Below are positions 12,266 through 25,568 of a DNA stretch of 64,000 nucleotides, piece after piece. A model generated the notes under the pieces. That model searched no databases. It saw only the letters and a program-made list of their open reading frames with translations, and was not told the origin of the DNA. The DNA is taken from the NCBI RefSeq assembly GCF_001194135.2, contig NC_069006.1, positions 17,645,712-17,709,711 of the forward strand, given 5' to 3'. Position numbers and translations under genes: made by a program. The DNA is from Octopus bimaculoides. Lineage: Eukaryota. Numbering within the stretch: position 1 is the first letter of the stretch; every line of letters starts with the position of its first letter.

Positions 12266-14358
12266 TCTGAAAAAAAGATACGAGTTCTGTATAACATTGA
12301 TTGGAAAGGACTTGTGTAAAACTAACATATTGGCTTTTAATAACAAACAAAACTAGTTTAATAACAAAAATATTTAAAAGTATAAAGTGTAAACAGAAAC
12401 GAAAATTTTTTTTCTTTGTTCTACATTTTTCATTCTGGATCTTTTTATTTTATTTTGTCTATTTTTGCCCTTTTTGGTGCCATTAGAAAAATGAGTTCAT
12501 CTGTCAAGACAAATTAAGGATATGATTCCATCTGTCCATTTGTCATGTTGTCCAGAATAATGTAAAGATGGCATCGAATTGAGTGACAAGGCAATGTCAT
12601 TGTGGAGGTGTAAACACTCTTCTTAATAAAATAAACATGATTTTACTATGTAATTTGTGTGTAAGTGTTGTTTCAAAAACATTATTGTTCCGTGCCAGGG
12701 AAAATTGAAATGGCTAATTTTGTGGAGAATATTGGACAAACCCTTAGCATTTTGTTATAAGTACATTTATGTTTTATTATTAGTGTTATTATTTGTGGTG
12801 GTGGTGGTGGTGATGGTATGTTGCATTCAAAATCTCAATACTTATAAACATAAGCATACACTCGCACGCATTCACTTTCTCTCACAATGGACCGAGTGAC
12901 AAACCAATAAGGGATCCTCTATGTGGTCATTTGACCTGCTAGAAATAGCAGCTAATCTCGCTCGGAACACATCCTTGTTTTTGTTGTTTTGATAGATACA
13001 GGGACACATTTCTTGCCCCTTGTGTTATGCTAATGTTAGCAGCTGTAGAGTTATCTCATCTTCTCAATATGGCAGCTCTGATCTCTTGGAATCATATTTG
13101 TAAGGTTATAGGTTTCATTTCCTAGACTAAGTGGCATGTTGTGTCTCTGAACTGAAAAAGTAAGTACCAAGCAGAGGCCCCTATTACTGTCCTTTCTCTC
13201 TCTCTAATTGGTGCATCCTGGATAATCCGCTGAGTCAAGAGTGGGGTTGAGTTGGAATAAGGAATGTATCTGTTTCTGTTTGTTACTACATGGGTACCTC
13301 AAATATGTAATGAAAGCTTGATGTATGCTACCAAGTCTCACTCGCCTGCTCATTCGCTAGCAGCTGACTGTAGATTTAAATTTCCTGACTGCACAGTCAA
13401 CTGCAGAGTTAAGTTGCTTTGCCTCTTTAACTTAAAGGGTTAACTGTTGACTTAAGAATGCCCCATCTCTGAGTTTTAGTTTTGTGTTATGTTTCTTCAG
13501 AGGAAGATCAGTATCACTAGAAACCATTAAATGATTGCTATTCAGTGAAGTCATCAAGAGACCCTGCTGCCTCTCCTAATATTCCAGCATTGCTGATGGA
13601 TTTTTCATTTGGTTCTACAAACAAATTATCTACCGTATTGCATAGCAGTGCTACAGTATTAATATATGGGAGGTAAAGAAAGGTGAGACAGGGTGAGGGA
13701 AAGATAGGTGGTGGCTAGAACTACACCACAACATTGAGGCACTGTTGGTTTATCTTACTTATATCTATTGTTGCTTTTTCACTCCAACCTGGTTTCGAGG
13801 CTTTCTCTTATAGAATCTTCTTACTAATGACTGTAGCATACGTCTGCTGTTAAAACAATGCCTGCTGTCTGGCCCCCAGAATTCCCTGTTCTACTTTATT
13901 CCAAATTGGTTTAACTCTTCAGTAAAACATCTTATGTTTATGTTATAACTTATAACCCACCTCCCTTCCATTATTCCTGGTTACACGTCCATTTTGTTAC
14001 AGAGACATCGGCTTACACTGTCTGTCTTCTACATCCAGCCATCCAGCTGCATCTTGTCACATTTATGGCTGCTGTGAACAGAATCTATTAACTCTAGTTA
14101 ATGATATACAGTTAGACCTGCAATTACCATCTCACCATCATCATCTTACCCACATTTTATGTGATGAGGATGATGGATTGCCATAGGAATGGTCAAGCCA
14201 TCATGCATGATTTGAAGCAGTTGGTTGTATATTCTACTGCTCAGCGTTCATATACCATCAGGACCATCTCAGCTTTCCATTATTGCAGGTTATGTAAAAT
14301 AAGTAGCTGTGTGTGTTGCCATGTGCTAATATTACAAATTATTATTATTACAATTGAA

Positions 14359-14510
14359 GGCACATACATGGCTCAGTGGTAAGAGCATCAGGCTCACAAT
14401 CATGCAGTAGTGAGTTCAATTCCAAGATTAGGCTGTGAGTTGTGTTCTTGAGCAAGACACTTTGTTTCACATTGCTCCAGTTCACATAGCTGTAGAAATG
14501 ACACTGGATG
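14359..14510 (+). mobile_element. SINE-E: tRNA head plus CORE-like domain
   Basis: A-box TGGCTCAGTGG, B-box GAGTTCAATTCC, then GTTGTGTTCTTGAGCAAGACACTTTGTTTCACATTGCTCCAGTTCAC, which resembles the CORE domain of CORE-SINEs (recalled, not aligned). Confidence 0.7.
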
Positions 14511-15969
14511 CCTCCCTGAAGGTTTCTTTCTTTCAACTACTGCAAGACTGAGGTGGGTGGCATGTGCAAGTCAAAAATGTCTGAGCAAGGTTGACCAGAT
14601 GATGATGAAAGCTTTGTCCATACACACATCTGTTGAGAATAATTCTGTTCTGGATGGGCAAGACATTTAATTCTACATCCTCTGTTTTCACTTATTCTAC
14701 ATATTTGTTTCAAGAAGGAATAGTTACCAAGTATCTCTGTTTTTTTTTTTGTTTTTTGCCTAGATTATCTGTAACAAATTAGCACATTACTCAGAGTGGT
14801 GGTGATGGTGGTGACTGCTGTGGTTGAGGGGTCTGTTTCTTATCCCTCTGCCTGACACTCAGATTAAATTTAATCCTCAAACTCTTACAGAAAAAAGGGG
14901 ATAGGAGTGTTCACTACTTACAGATTTAATTTGTGCTTAACAGGGCATCCTGTCACCACCGCCAATCTGTCTTTATCAACTGTAGCTTAAGCAAATTCTT
15001 CAACAACAACAACAACAAATTTTCTATATAACACAGATTAACTAACTGAAACCCCCCCCCCAAAAAAAAAGACAACATAAACAAACAAAATAAACTATGG
15101 CGCAATGTTATTAAAACCATGTTGTTGTTGTTGTTGTTGCTTGTATCTGCTATTCCCTCCCCCTTCAAGTCGTTTCCTCTCCTACATTTTTAATTTAAAT
15201 CATTAATACATTATTGAATTGAAAGAAAAGTGCTTTTGTAACATTTAGGAATACTTAAATTTTATATTTTTTTTATCTTTTAAAATATCTTTAAAAAATG
15301 GTTTTTATATTATTACTTTCATTTTATTAACAGTGTTCTTGTTGCTATTGTTGGTGGTGGTGGTGGAGTTGGTGGTAGTGGTGTAATTGTTGTTTTTAAG
15401 TATTTTTTCCTCTAAATTTTTATTTTTTTTATGTTTCTTTCTAACATTGGACGAGGAGTATGTGTGGTGGGGGAACATAGATTTTTCTTAATCTTGTTTA
15501 CTGATTAGTTTTGTAATTCAAAGATTAATTTATTTATCATCATAGCTGCTGCTGCTGTTGTTGTTGTTGTTCTTCTTCTTCTTCTTTTTATTATTATTAT
15601 TATTATTTCCTTTACATTGAGAAAAACATGTGAAAGGAAGACTTTGAATGGTTTATCTTTTGAATGTTTAGTTTTGTGCGTGTGTATATTGGAGTGGGGA
15701 GCTCGTTTTTGTCGCCATCTTCTCTCTCTCTCACCACTACTTTTTGTGCTTCATATGTGTAAGCATGTGTGTGTGCATATGCAAATATAATATTGTAATG
15801 TGTGTGTGTATATAGGCATGTGTGTGCATATATATTCATGTGTATATATATATATACGTGTGTGGGTGTATGTGTGTATGTAAATAAATATTTGTATGTG
15901 TGTGTGTATATGTATATATTATATATGTGTGTGTATATGTGTATATATAATATACGTATATGTGTATAT

Positions 15970-16000
<31 letters not shown>

Positions 16001-16372
16001 GTGTGTATGTAAAAAACCCAGCTAACATTAACTGAATAGAGGATTCAGTACAAGTGTGGCATCTGATAATAGGTATGTATATGTGTGTAGAGTGTATGCA
16101 TGTATATATATATATATATACGCACGCATGAACATCCTTATATGTATGTGTGCATGTTTGTTTAAGTTCATATGTATCTGATTGTGCATGCATGCAGGCA
16201 TGCGCATGTGTGTGCATTCACAGTTGTTGAAAGTCATAATTTGATTAAAATAGTTGACTGTCATGAATTCCTAATGGCTCTTCTTTTCCTCCTTTCTTTA
16301 ACCATAGTGTTTCTTATGTCAATCTGTGAGCTTGTGCTGATTTGTAGATTGATGTTATTGTATATGTGGTTC

Positions 16373-16588
16373 AGGGTGGTGAGCTGGAAGAATAGTTACT
16401 GTGCCAGCCAAAATGCTTAGCGGTATTTGGTTTTTATATGTTCTGAGTTAAAATTCAACCAAGTTCAACTTAGCCCTTCATCCTTTTGGGGTCAATAAAA
16501 GAAGTATCAGTTGAGTCCTGGGGTTGATATAATTAACACCCTCTTCCGAAATTGCTGGCCATGTGCTAAAATTTGAAACTGATATTAT
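16373..16588 (+). mobile_element. SINE-B, decayed
   Basis: GGTGGTGAGCTGGAAGAATAGTTA...CCTTCATCCTTTTGGGGTCAATAAAAGAAGTATCAG...GGCCATGTGCTAAAATTTGAAAC. Confidence 0.8.
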
Positions 16589-16738
16589 GTACATGTTGAT
16601 TTGTGTGTGTGTGGATATTTTGACTTAGGTTTTCTTGCCTTCACTGGAAGATAGTTTTTATATTGATAATGAATTTTTTTTATGGGCATAAGGACCTAAG
16701 ACATTGGAGACAATGTAGAAGTGAACAAAATATATATA

Positions 16739-17039
16739 TTTACTCTTTTACTATTTTACTCGTTTCAGTCATTTGACTGTGGCCATGCTGGAGCAGCGCC
16801 TTTACTCGAGCAAATCGATCCCAGGACTTATTCTTTGTAAGCCTAGTACTTATTCTATCAGTCTCTTTTTGCCGAACCGCTAAGTTACGGGGACGTAAAC
16901 ACACCAGCATCGGTTGTCAAGCAATGTTGNNNNNNNNNNNNNNNNNNNNNNNNNNNNNNNNNNNNNNNNNNNNNNNNNNNNNNNNNNNNNNNNNNNNNNN
17001 NNNNNNNNNNNNNNNNNNNNNNNGGGGGGGGGGGGGCAA

Positions 17040-17080
<41 letters not shown>

Positions 17081-17251
17081 CATATATACGATGGGCTTCT
17101 TTTAGTTTCCGTCTACCAAATCTACTCACAAGGCTTTGGTCGGCCCGAGGCTATAGTAGAAGACACTTGCCCAAGGTGCCACGCAGTGAGACTGAACCCG
17201 GAACCATGTGGTTGGTAAGCAAGCTACTTGATGCACAGCCACTCCTGCGCC
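16739..17251 (-). mobile_element. SINE-A, young, full length (N-gap in its central part)
   Basis: Close to consensus with most CpGs retained; ends ACAGCCACTCCTGCGCC. Confidence 0.93.
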
Positions 17252-17530
17252 TATTTAAAGAAAAAAAGAAAGAAACTGGGTAAAAAAAAAAGGACCCTAA
17301 CAATAAAAATATTAATAAACAACAATAAGAATAACCACAGAAAAGTAAAATGTTTTATTGATGTATTTTGTTGTTTAACTTCCATCCCCTGTCAGCTTCT
17401 CAGCCTTGGCTCAGCAAATTGCATTCAGTCTATATCTGTCATGTATTTTTTGTTTTGCTCTTTTCCATGAATAATGGAAAATAACCCCAATGGTACAATC
17501 TGCCTGGCCATTTACACTTTCACATGCAAT

Positions 17531-17630
17531 CTAACCCTAACCTTAACCCTAAATCCAAACCCTAATCCTAAGCCCAACCCTAACCCATAACCCTAACTCC
17601 AACACTAAACCTGACCCTAAAACCTAACCC
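17531..17630. repeat. Degenerate telomere-like (CCCTAA)n tract
   Basis: CTAACCCTAACCTTAACCCTAAATCCAAACCCTAATCCTAAGCCCAACCCTAACCC..., roughly 16 imperfect hexamers. Confidence 0.75.
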
Positions 17631-17784
17631 AGATCTGGTTATTTCACAGCATAAACTACAGCTACTGTGGTAGACAATGCTGCAGTAGCTCTTCCAAGTA
17701 TATTACCCAATGTGTCCTTCTTTTTTAAAGACAGCATGGCGTGTTTTACTGCTATTTCTAGCATGGGTATTGCATGGTGGCTGT

Positions 17785-17960
17785 CATTGTTTAGTTCTAG
17801 GTCAGGTCTGATCAAATAGACATATGATCCAAAGTGTTCCAACCTTGACCATCCCACCTGTTTTTGTATTTCTAAGCTTACATTGTCCATCTTAATATGT
17901 CCCTCCTGTTTTAAAATGACAGGATGTATGTAATTTGAAAGAATTTGGTTGCTATGGCAA
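17785..17960 (-). mobile_element. Element D, decayed
   Basis: GTTTAGTTCTAGGTCAGGTCTGATCAAATAGACATATGATCCAAAGTGTTCC...GTAATTTGAAAGAATTTGGTTGCTAT. Confidence 0.6.
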
Positions 17961-18919
17961 GAAGGCTTTTTTAATTTTTTTTTTTTTATGAAAGCTCCCT
18001 TCTTAGTAAATTCTTTTAGGATGTTTAAGGCACCTAGGTTTCTAAGGGCTGGTGGGGAGGTTGGGTAACCATTAAAATACTAAGTAGTGTCTTATCTTGC
18101 TTCAGTTTGGTAATCAGACAAGAACCAAGAACTGGGGGGAGGGGGGGNNNNNNNNNNNNNNNNNNNNNNAAGGCTTTTTTAATTTTTTTTTTTTTTATGA
18201 AAGCTCCCTTCTTAGTAAATTCTTTTAGGATGTTTAAGGCACCTAGGTTTCTAAGGGCTGGTGGGGAGGTTGGGTAACCATTAAAATACTAAGTAGTGTC
18301 TTATCTTGCTTCAGTTTGGTAATCAGACAAGAACCAAGAACTGGGGGGAGGGGGGGGGAGAAAGAAAATCTGGTGTTTATAACATGATACCATGGTAATC
18401 CACACTAGTGTTTTGGACAATATATGTCATGAAAACAAGTGATAACAACACAGGCAACACTACACTACAGATAAACACAGTCTCAATGATATGCCGCCAG
18501 TGCCATCAACACCACCTCCACTGCCATCATCACCACAACCATTGCCCTCACCACTATCCTGTTCTATTCTCTCTATTCTGCTGTTCTTCACTTCTGGTTT
18601 AAACCATTACTTGTAAATGAAATAAATCACCATTATCATGGGGGTGGGGAATGCACCACCACCACCACCACCACCAATGATGGGAACCCCAGAACAGAAT
18701 GCTTTCTTGTATTTTTTTTTTTGTTTGTTTTTTTTAAGGTTCTGCTTCAAATCCTCATGAGTGAGGTCAACTTTTTTGCGGGGATTGTCCTTCTGGGTTG
18801 GGGAATCAATAAAATAGAGGCAACAGTCAAGTACAGAGCTTGACATGACTGCTCCCCACCCACCCTAAACCTTCCTTCTCCTTCTTCCCAAAATATATGG
18901 ATTTTGTACCATTAAAAGA

Positions 18920-19105
18920 GCAGTGCGGTTAAAAGTTTGCATCTCAACCACAACACCCCAGGTTCAGTCCCACTGTGTGGTACCTCAGGCAAGGCTTTGG
19001 TAGACAGAAGGCTTTCGTAGACAGAAACTGAAAGGCTTTGGTAGACAGAAACTGAAAGGCTTTGGTAGACACAAGGCTTTGGTAGACAGAAACTGAAAGA
19101 AACCC

Positions 19106-19139
<34 letters not shown>

Positions 19140-19347
19140 TCTCAGCTCTGCCTCATAACTGGTGTTGGTTTGTTTGTGTCCCTTCTAACTTAGTGGTTCA
19201 GCAAAAGTGACTGATAGAATAAGTACCAGGCTTTTAGAAGGAAAACTAACTACTGTGGTCGATCTGTTTAACTAAAACCTTTTGAGGCAGTGAGTGTTCC
19301 AGCATGGCCACACACCAATGACTGAAATGTATAAAGAAGTTAAAAAA
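18920..19347 (+). mobile_element. SINE-A containing an internal minisatellite
   Basis: Head, GGTTCAGTCCCACTGTGTGG, tandem AGGCTTTGGTAGACAGA(AACTGAA) units, TG tract and 3' tail. Confidence 0.85.
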
Positions 19348-19889
19348 NNNNNNNNNNNNNNNNNNNNNNNNNNNNNNNNNNNNNNNNNNNNNNNNNNNNN
19401 NNNNNNNNNNNNNNNNNNNNNNNNNNNNNNNNNNNNNNNNNNNNNNNNNNNNNNNNNNNNNNNNNNNNNNNNNNNNNNNNNNNNNNNNNNNNNNNNNNNN
19501 NNNNNNNNNNNNNNNNNNNNNNNNNNNNNNNNNNNNNNNNNNNNNNNNNNNNNNNNNNNNNNNNNNNNNNNNNNNNNNNNNNNNNNNNNNNNNNNNNNNN
19601 NNNNNNNNNNNNNNNNNNNNNNNNNNNNNNNNNNNNNNNNNNNNNNNNNNNNNNNNNNNNNNNNNNNNNNNNNNNNNNNNNNNNNNNNNNNNNNNNNNNN
19701 NNNNNNNNNNNNNNNNNNNNNNNNNNNNNNNNNNNNNNNNNNNNNNNNNNNNNNNNNNNNNNNNNNNNNNNNNNNNNNNNNNNNNNNNNNNNNNNNNNNN
19801 NNNNNNNNNNNNNNNNNNNNNNNNNNNNNNNNNNNNNNNNNNNNNNNCCTCTCTTTCTACTACTCCTTACATACATGTGTGTACCTGTG

Positions 19890-19973
<84 letters not shown>

Positions 19974-20165
19974 ATACATGTGTATTCGTGTATATCTGTG
20001 TGTATGTGTGTGCTTATACATTCCATTTAGTGTTCCTCTGTTAACTTTCACTTCTGTCTTATCTTCTTCTTATAATAAATAAGTCATCAGATCCATTGCG
20101 CAAGTCTTTCTTGGAGTTGCTAACTACCTATTTAGCTATGTTTTGTTTGTCTACATGTGCTCTGT

Positions 20166-20201
<36 letters not shown>

Positions 20202-20311
20202 TGAAGCCCCCTAAAGAAACAGCTGTTATTCTTGTGGCATTCAAAATAAAAATAATTATACTCTATATTGAAATGTATTGAATTCTTCATTGGCATAATT
20301 TATTAGTCTTT

Positions 20312-20367
<56 letters not shown>

Positions 20368-20376
20368 TATGCACAC

Positions 20377-20470
20377 ATGGCACATTAGGCAAGTGTCTTC
20401 TGCTGTAGCTCCAGACTGATCAAAGCCTTGTGAGTGGATTTAGTAGATGAAACTGAAAGAACACTGTCAT
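20377..20470 (+). mobile_element. SINE-A middle fragment
   Basis: GGCAAGTGTCTTCTGCTGTAGCTCC...AAAGCCTTGTGAGTGGATTTAGTAGATGAAACTGAAAGAA. Confidence 0.75.
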
Positions 20471-21361
20471 GTTTAATATGAATCTATGTATGTATGTTAT
20501 ATATATATATATAATCCAAATAAGTAGACAAAGCAAGACTTTAACACCTATTTAATTATCAGTTACAATTGTTTCTCTACCTATTCTGCTTTCAACAGCA
20601 GTCCATGCAAAAGTTCAAAGTGAAAATTTGAGTAATATTTGCAGTTCTAAGCAAACATCAAAGTGGCATTTCCTCAGACCTGCATTCAAAGGTATGCTCT
20701 TATATTGTGTGTGATATACATATTTATATATAACCACTGTACCACTGTATGGACAAAACTATTGGATGTTGTTATATACTGCTAGTCACAGTGTGCTTAT
20801 TTGCAGTGTTTTAGCTTTTGAATAATGCCATCCCAGTGGCTAGGCAGGCNNNNNNNNNNNNNNNNNNNNNNNNNNNNNNNNNNNNNNNNNNNNNNNNNNN
20901 NNNNNNNNNNNNNNNNNNNNNNNNNNNNNNNNNNNNNNNNNNNNNNNNNNNNNNNNNNNNNNNNNNNNNNNNNNNNNNNNNNNNNNNNNNNNNNNNNNNN
21001 NNNNNNNNNNNNNNNNNNNNNNNNNNNNNNNNNNNNNNNNNNNNNNNNNNNNNNNNNNNNNNNNNNNNNNNNNNNNNNNNNNNNNNNNNNNNNNNNNNNN
21101 NNNNNNNNNNNNNNNNNNNNNNNNNNNNNNNNNNNNNNNNNNNNNNNNNNNNNNNNNNNNNNNNNNNNNNNNNNNNNNNNNNNNNNNNNNNNNNNNNNNN
21201 NNNNNNNNNNNNCACTGTCATGTTTAATATGAATCTATGTATGTATGTTATATATATATATATATATATCCTACTTCATGTGTTCATCGCCCTCTCTAAA
21301 GTCATCACTTTCTCTCGCTCTCCTACTCTCCTTTCACAGAAGCATACCCATTACACTCTGT

Positions 21362-21492
21362 AAAGTGGTTTGCATTAGGAAGGGCATCCAGCCATAGAAA
21401 CCTTACCAAAACTGAGAAACAAGAGTACAAACATGGCTCCCTGACTTGTTGGGTCCTGTCAAACTGTCCAGCTCATGCCTGCATCGAAGAGA
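21362..21492 (+). mobile_element. RTE-like LINE 3' UTR fragment
   Basis: GTGGTTTGCATTAGGAAGGGCATCCAGCCATAGAAACC...GTCAAACTGTCCAGCTCATGCC; homologous to 35385-35585. Confidence 0.6.
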
Positions 21493-22008
21493 GACAGATG
21501 GATATTTCAATTCAATGAAATATCCATCTTTCCACCTAGCTACCAACTTCCCTAAACCCACCCATCCATCTACCCAATAACCAGCTATCTATTTAATGGT
21601 CTATCATCTAGAGAAATAGATGATCATCTATTCATCTATTTCTTTCTTTCTATCTCTCTTTATCCATCTACAAACTGTCTGTCTGTCTCTCTTTGCCTGT
21701 CTGTCTTTATCTGTCTATCTATCTATCTATCTATCTGTCTGTCTATCTACCCAGCCATCCACCAGCCATCACAAACCCACCACCTGCCCCAGAAAATAGC
21801 AACAGTGACCATACTGCCTGTATTATTACTTGATGTGAAAATATTGATTGCAGCAGATTATCAAATAAACTAAATGTTTTAAATATATCAATTTGTAATT
21901 ATGTATGAAGAGCATGATTAACAGAGAAGGAGAGAGAGAGAGTATGGTTGGATGAGGAGGAGTTATGTATGATTAATATGATGCCTGGAGGGTGAGTGAG
22001 ATAGAGAG

Positions 22009-22039
<31 letters not shown>

Positions 22040-22722
22040 ATGTAGGTGGAGAGGAAGGAGTTAAGTTTTGCAGTCAGTTCTATTACTCCTTTCTCCTCTC
22101 ATTTCTCACAGATTTGTCTTAAATAAATATTATTTCCATATTCATCTCAGACCCCACATGTAGCCTGAGGGTTCCCCCCTCCTTCCCTTTGCTTCATTTG
22201 TTGTTGAGTTGTTTTATAATTGTGTATGCGTATGGTAATGTGACACATTATTTTATAAATATGTATGTGCACGTATATATATGTATATATACATACATAT
22301 ATATGTGTGTGTGTGTGTGTGTGTGTATACACTCAGTGCATGTCTGCATGTATTATATTGTATGTGTATACTCACACATATACATGAGCTAGCTGTAGTC
22401 TTTACTCAGATTTCTCTGCGTATACGCAAGCACATGATCCTACATACACACACACAATAATTTAGGCACAAACCTTTGTGTACATACATGTGCTTACACA
22501 CACACACGCACACATTATTGGACAGTCTTCATTTACAACCTCTTGCTATTTATTTATGCATGTGTGTGTGTGTGTGTACATGTACATATGACGTTCATAC
22601 ATATGTTAGTATACACACATACCAACAATGATTTATGCACAAGTTTTTCATGTACATATATGACCATTCACACATATATCGAACAGCATAATATTGGCAA
22701 ACATTAATTCATACACAAATGT

Positions 22723-22761
<39 letters not shown>

Positions 22762-23339
22762 CTCTGTGTGTGTGTGTGTGTGCCTCTGTGTGTGTGAGTG
22801 ACATGTCATACACACATACACACACATTAGACATTAGGCATATTCAAACAATGATTAACACATACAAAACACACGCTCTAGTAGGAGGATATTGACATTG
22901 GAATTTGGAGTTAAACAGTAGAAACCACAAAATCATTTTATAGAAGTAGCAATTTTATTTTCTCCACTTCTAACCCATTTAAATAACAACTAGTAGTCTC
23001 TGTTTTAGAAGGCTTCTGGGCCCCTTTTTGTGTGTGTGTTTGATTCAATACCATTTGTTGTTCTTTAGCCCTGCTGACCGTTTCTGCTTTTTTAAATTTT
23101 TTTTTTAGGCCATATTTGAAAGCTTCTAGACCCCCTTTTGTGTGTGTTTGTGTGTTTAATACAATATCATTTTCTGTTGTTAGCCTCTAATGTTAGCCTT
23201 TGCTGACAGTGTCTGCTTTTTTATTTTTTATTTGGACACAGTATAGGAAGGACTACTTTAGCTATGAGTGTCCTTTGTTTTTGAGTGGGGTGTGCTTAAC
23301 GTTATTGAACACATGAAGGGCCTTTTCATTGTCTCATAG

Positions 23340-23520
23340 TGTTTTGTTGTTCTCTAGTTCCAAATTGAGCAGCGTTATGATCAAAAGTGTTCCATTTAGG
23401 ACCCTCCATGTTTCTTAGAGGATTATTTTAATTTCAGAGTCAGTTCCTATTTCTTTATTGTAAGCTGGTAGGGTGTGATTTTCGGGCAATTTGGTTGCCA
23501 TTTTTAGCTGTTAAGGAAGG
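23340..23520 (-). mobile_element. Element D, decayed
   Basis: GAGCAGCGTTATGATCAAAAGTGTTCC and GGGTGTGATTTTCGGGCAATTTGGTTGCCATTTTTAGC. Confidence 0.55.
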
Positions 23521-23717
23521 AAAGGCACCCTCTCATTTGTTAATTTAGAATTACACTTTATACATCTGTGTGTGTGCGTGTTCATACACTTCCACACAAA
23601 TGTAATACTCAACTGTGCTCTACACATGTACAGCATACTGGTCGGCAGAGAAACTTGATGGTTACTGCTGCAAAGTTTGTTCTTTCACTGTCACTGCTGC
23701 TAGCAATCTGACATTAA

Positions 23718-23777
<60 letters not shown>

Positions 23778-24604
23778 CGCTTGGTTGGCAGTCTTGTTCA
23801 GCCATTTCTCTTCTCCTTCCCCTTTTCCAGATGTAAATGTTTCCCCAAGAAAAGAGAGGAGGAANNNNNNNNNNNNNNNNNNNNNNNNNNNNNNNNNNNN
23901 NNNNNNNNNNNNNNNNNNNNNNNNNNNNNNNNNNNNNNNNNNNNNNNNNNNNNNNNNNNNNNNNNNNNNNNNNNNNNNNNNNNNNNNNNNNNNNNNNNNN
24001 NNNNNNNNNNNNNNNNNNNNNNNNNNNNNNNNNNNNNNNNNNNNNNNNNNNNNNNNNNNNNNNNNNNNNNNNNNNNNNNNNNNNNNNNNNNNNNNNNNNN
24101 NNNNNNNNNNNNNNNNNNNNNNNNNNNNNNNNNNNNNNNNNNNNNNNNNNNNNNNNNNNNNNNNNNNNNNNNNNNNNNNNNNNNNNNNNNNNNNNNNNNN
24201 NNNNNNNNNNNNNNNNNNNNNNNNNNNNNNNNNNNNNNNNNNNNNNNNNNNNNNNNNNNNNNNNNNNNNNNNNNNNNNNNNNNNNNNNNNNNNNNNNNNN
24301 NNNNNNNNNNNNNNNNNNNNNNNNNNNNNNNNNNNNNNNNNNNNNNNNNNNNNNNNNNNNNNNNNNNNNNNNNNNNNNNNTTATAATAAACTTTCCGTCT
24401 CCCTATCTACCCCTTCCCCACTTCCTTTACTCTTGTTAGTGTTTACTTCCACTAGCAAAAAAAACAAAAAAACCCTGCTCCCTGCCCCCCCCCTTTTCTC
24501 TCGTCCCTCCCTTGTAAATACAGGGGTGTTGTTAAGAGAGGTTGGAGAGGTGTATGTGTGAGTGTATATTTATACACACATGCATGTGTGTGTATATATA
24601 TCTA

Positions 24605-24974
24605 TATCTTTTACTTGTTTCAGTCATTCATCTGTGGTCATGCTGGGGCACTGCCTTGAAGAATTTTAGTCAAATCAATCGACCCTAGTATTTTTTTTAT
24701 TATTGTTTTATTGGTCTCTTTGGCAAAACTGCTAAGTTATGGAAACGTAAACACATCAACACTGGTTGTCAAGCAGTGATAGGGGACAAACACAGGTATA
24801 TATAAACACACACACGACACATTTCTTAAATTTTCTGTCTAAATCCACTCACAAGGCTTTGGTTAGCCCAATGCTGTCATAGAAGATACTTGCCCAAGGT
24901 GCCGTGCAGTGGGACTGAACCCAGATCCATGTGGCTGGAAAGCAAACTTCTTACCACACAGCCACTCCTGTACC
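24605..24974 (-). mobile_element. SINE-A, near full length
   Basis: CTTTTACTTGTTTCAGTC through ACCACACAGCCACTCCTG. Confidence 0.9.
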
Positions 24975-25568
24975 TATATATATATGTGTATGTGTGTGTG
25001 GTTCAAAGAGCTGAAACAACTGAAAAACTACTCATGGTTTAGAGTATCATTATGCTGAGAGATGCGTTTCTGATGTTAACTTTCCAGTTTCATAAATGCT
25101 AGATCAGCCACAGAACCATGATGGATCACACACAAATTGTTTCTTACCAAGCGTAATGTTGTAGCCATCTCAAGCAGCCCTGTGTCTGAAACATCTTGAG
25201 GAATACGCACACACACATACACACACAATTTTGTCAGCTACTTCATGACGAGCCCTGGATTATAGTGACACACTTCTCTTTGTGTACATTATATATCCAG
25301 TAACAAACATGAGCAAGCCAATGGTCACAGCTGAAAGAACACCTTTGCTCTTAGTTTGTGATCAATTGGCTCTACATTGCAACTAAACAACAGATGTATC
25401 TGGTAATGTAGTTGTTCACAGCCTTTAAAAACAAAATGGGACGATCACAGCTAGATAACCTTTAGATTGATCTGGTTCTAAGCAACAACAATGTACATGT
25501 AACTTTTGAACCAAGGAAGATCCATAACATGGCGACCTGATCTGTTGGGAATAGCAGCCAAACATCTC

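Noticed and set aside
17962-18358. Apparent ~185-bp perfect tandem duplication
   Set aside because: The two copies flank a 22-N gap and are essentially identical; most likely unmerged contig overlap.
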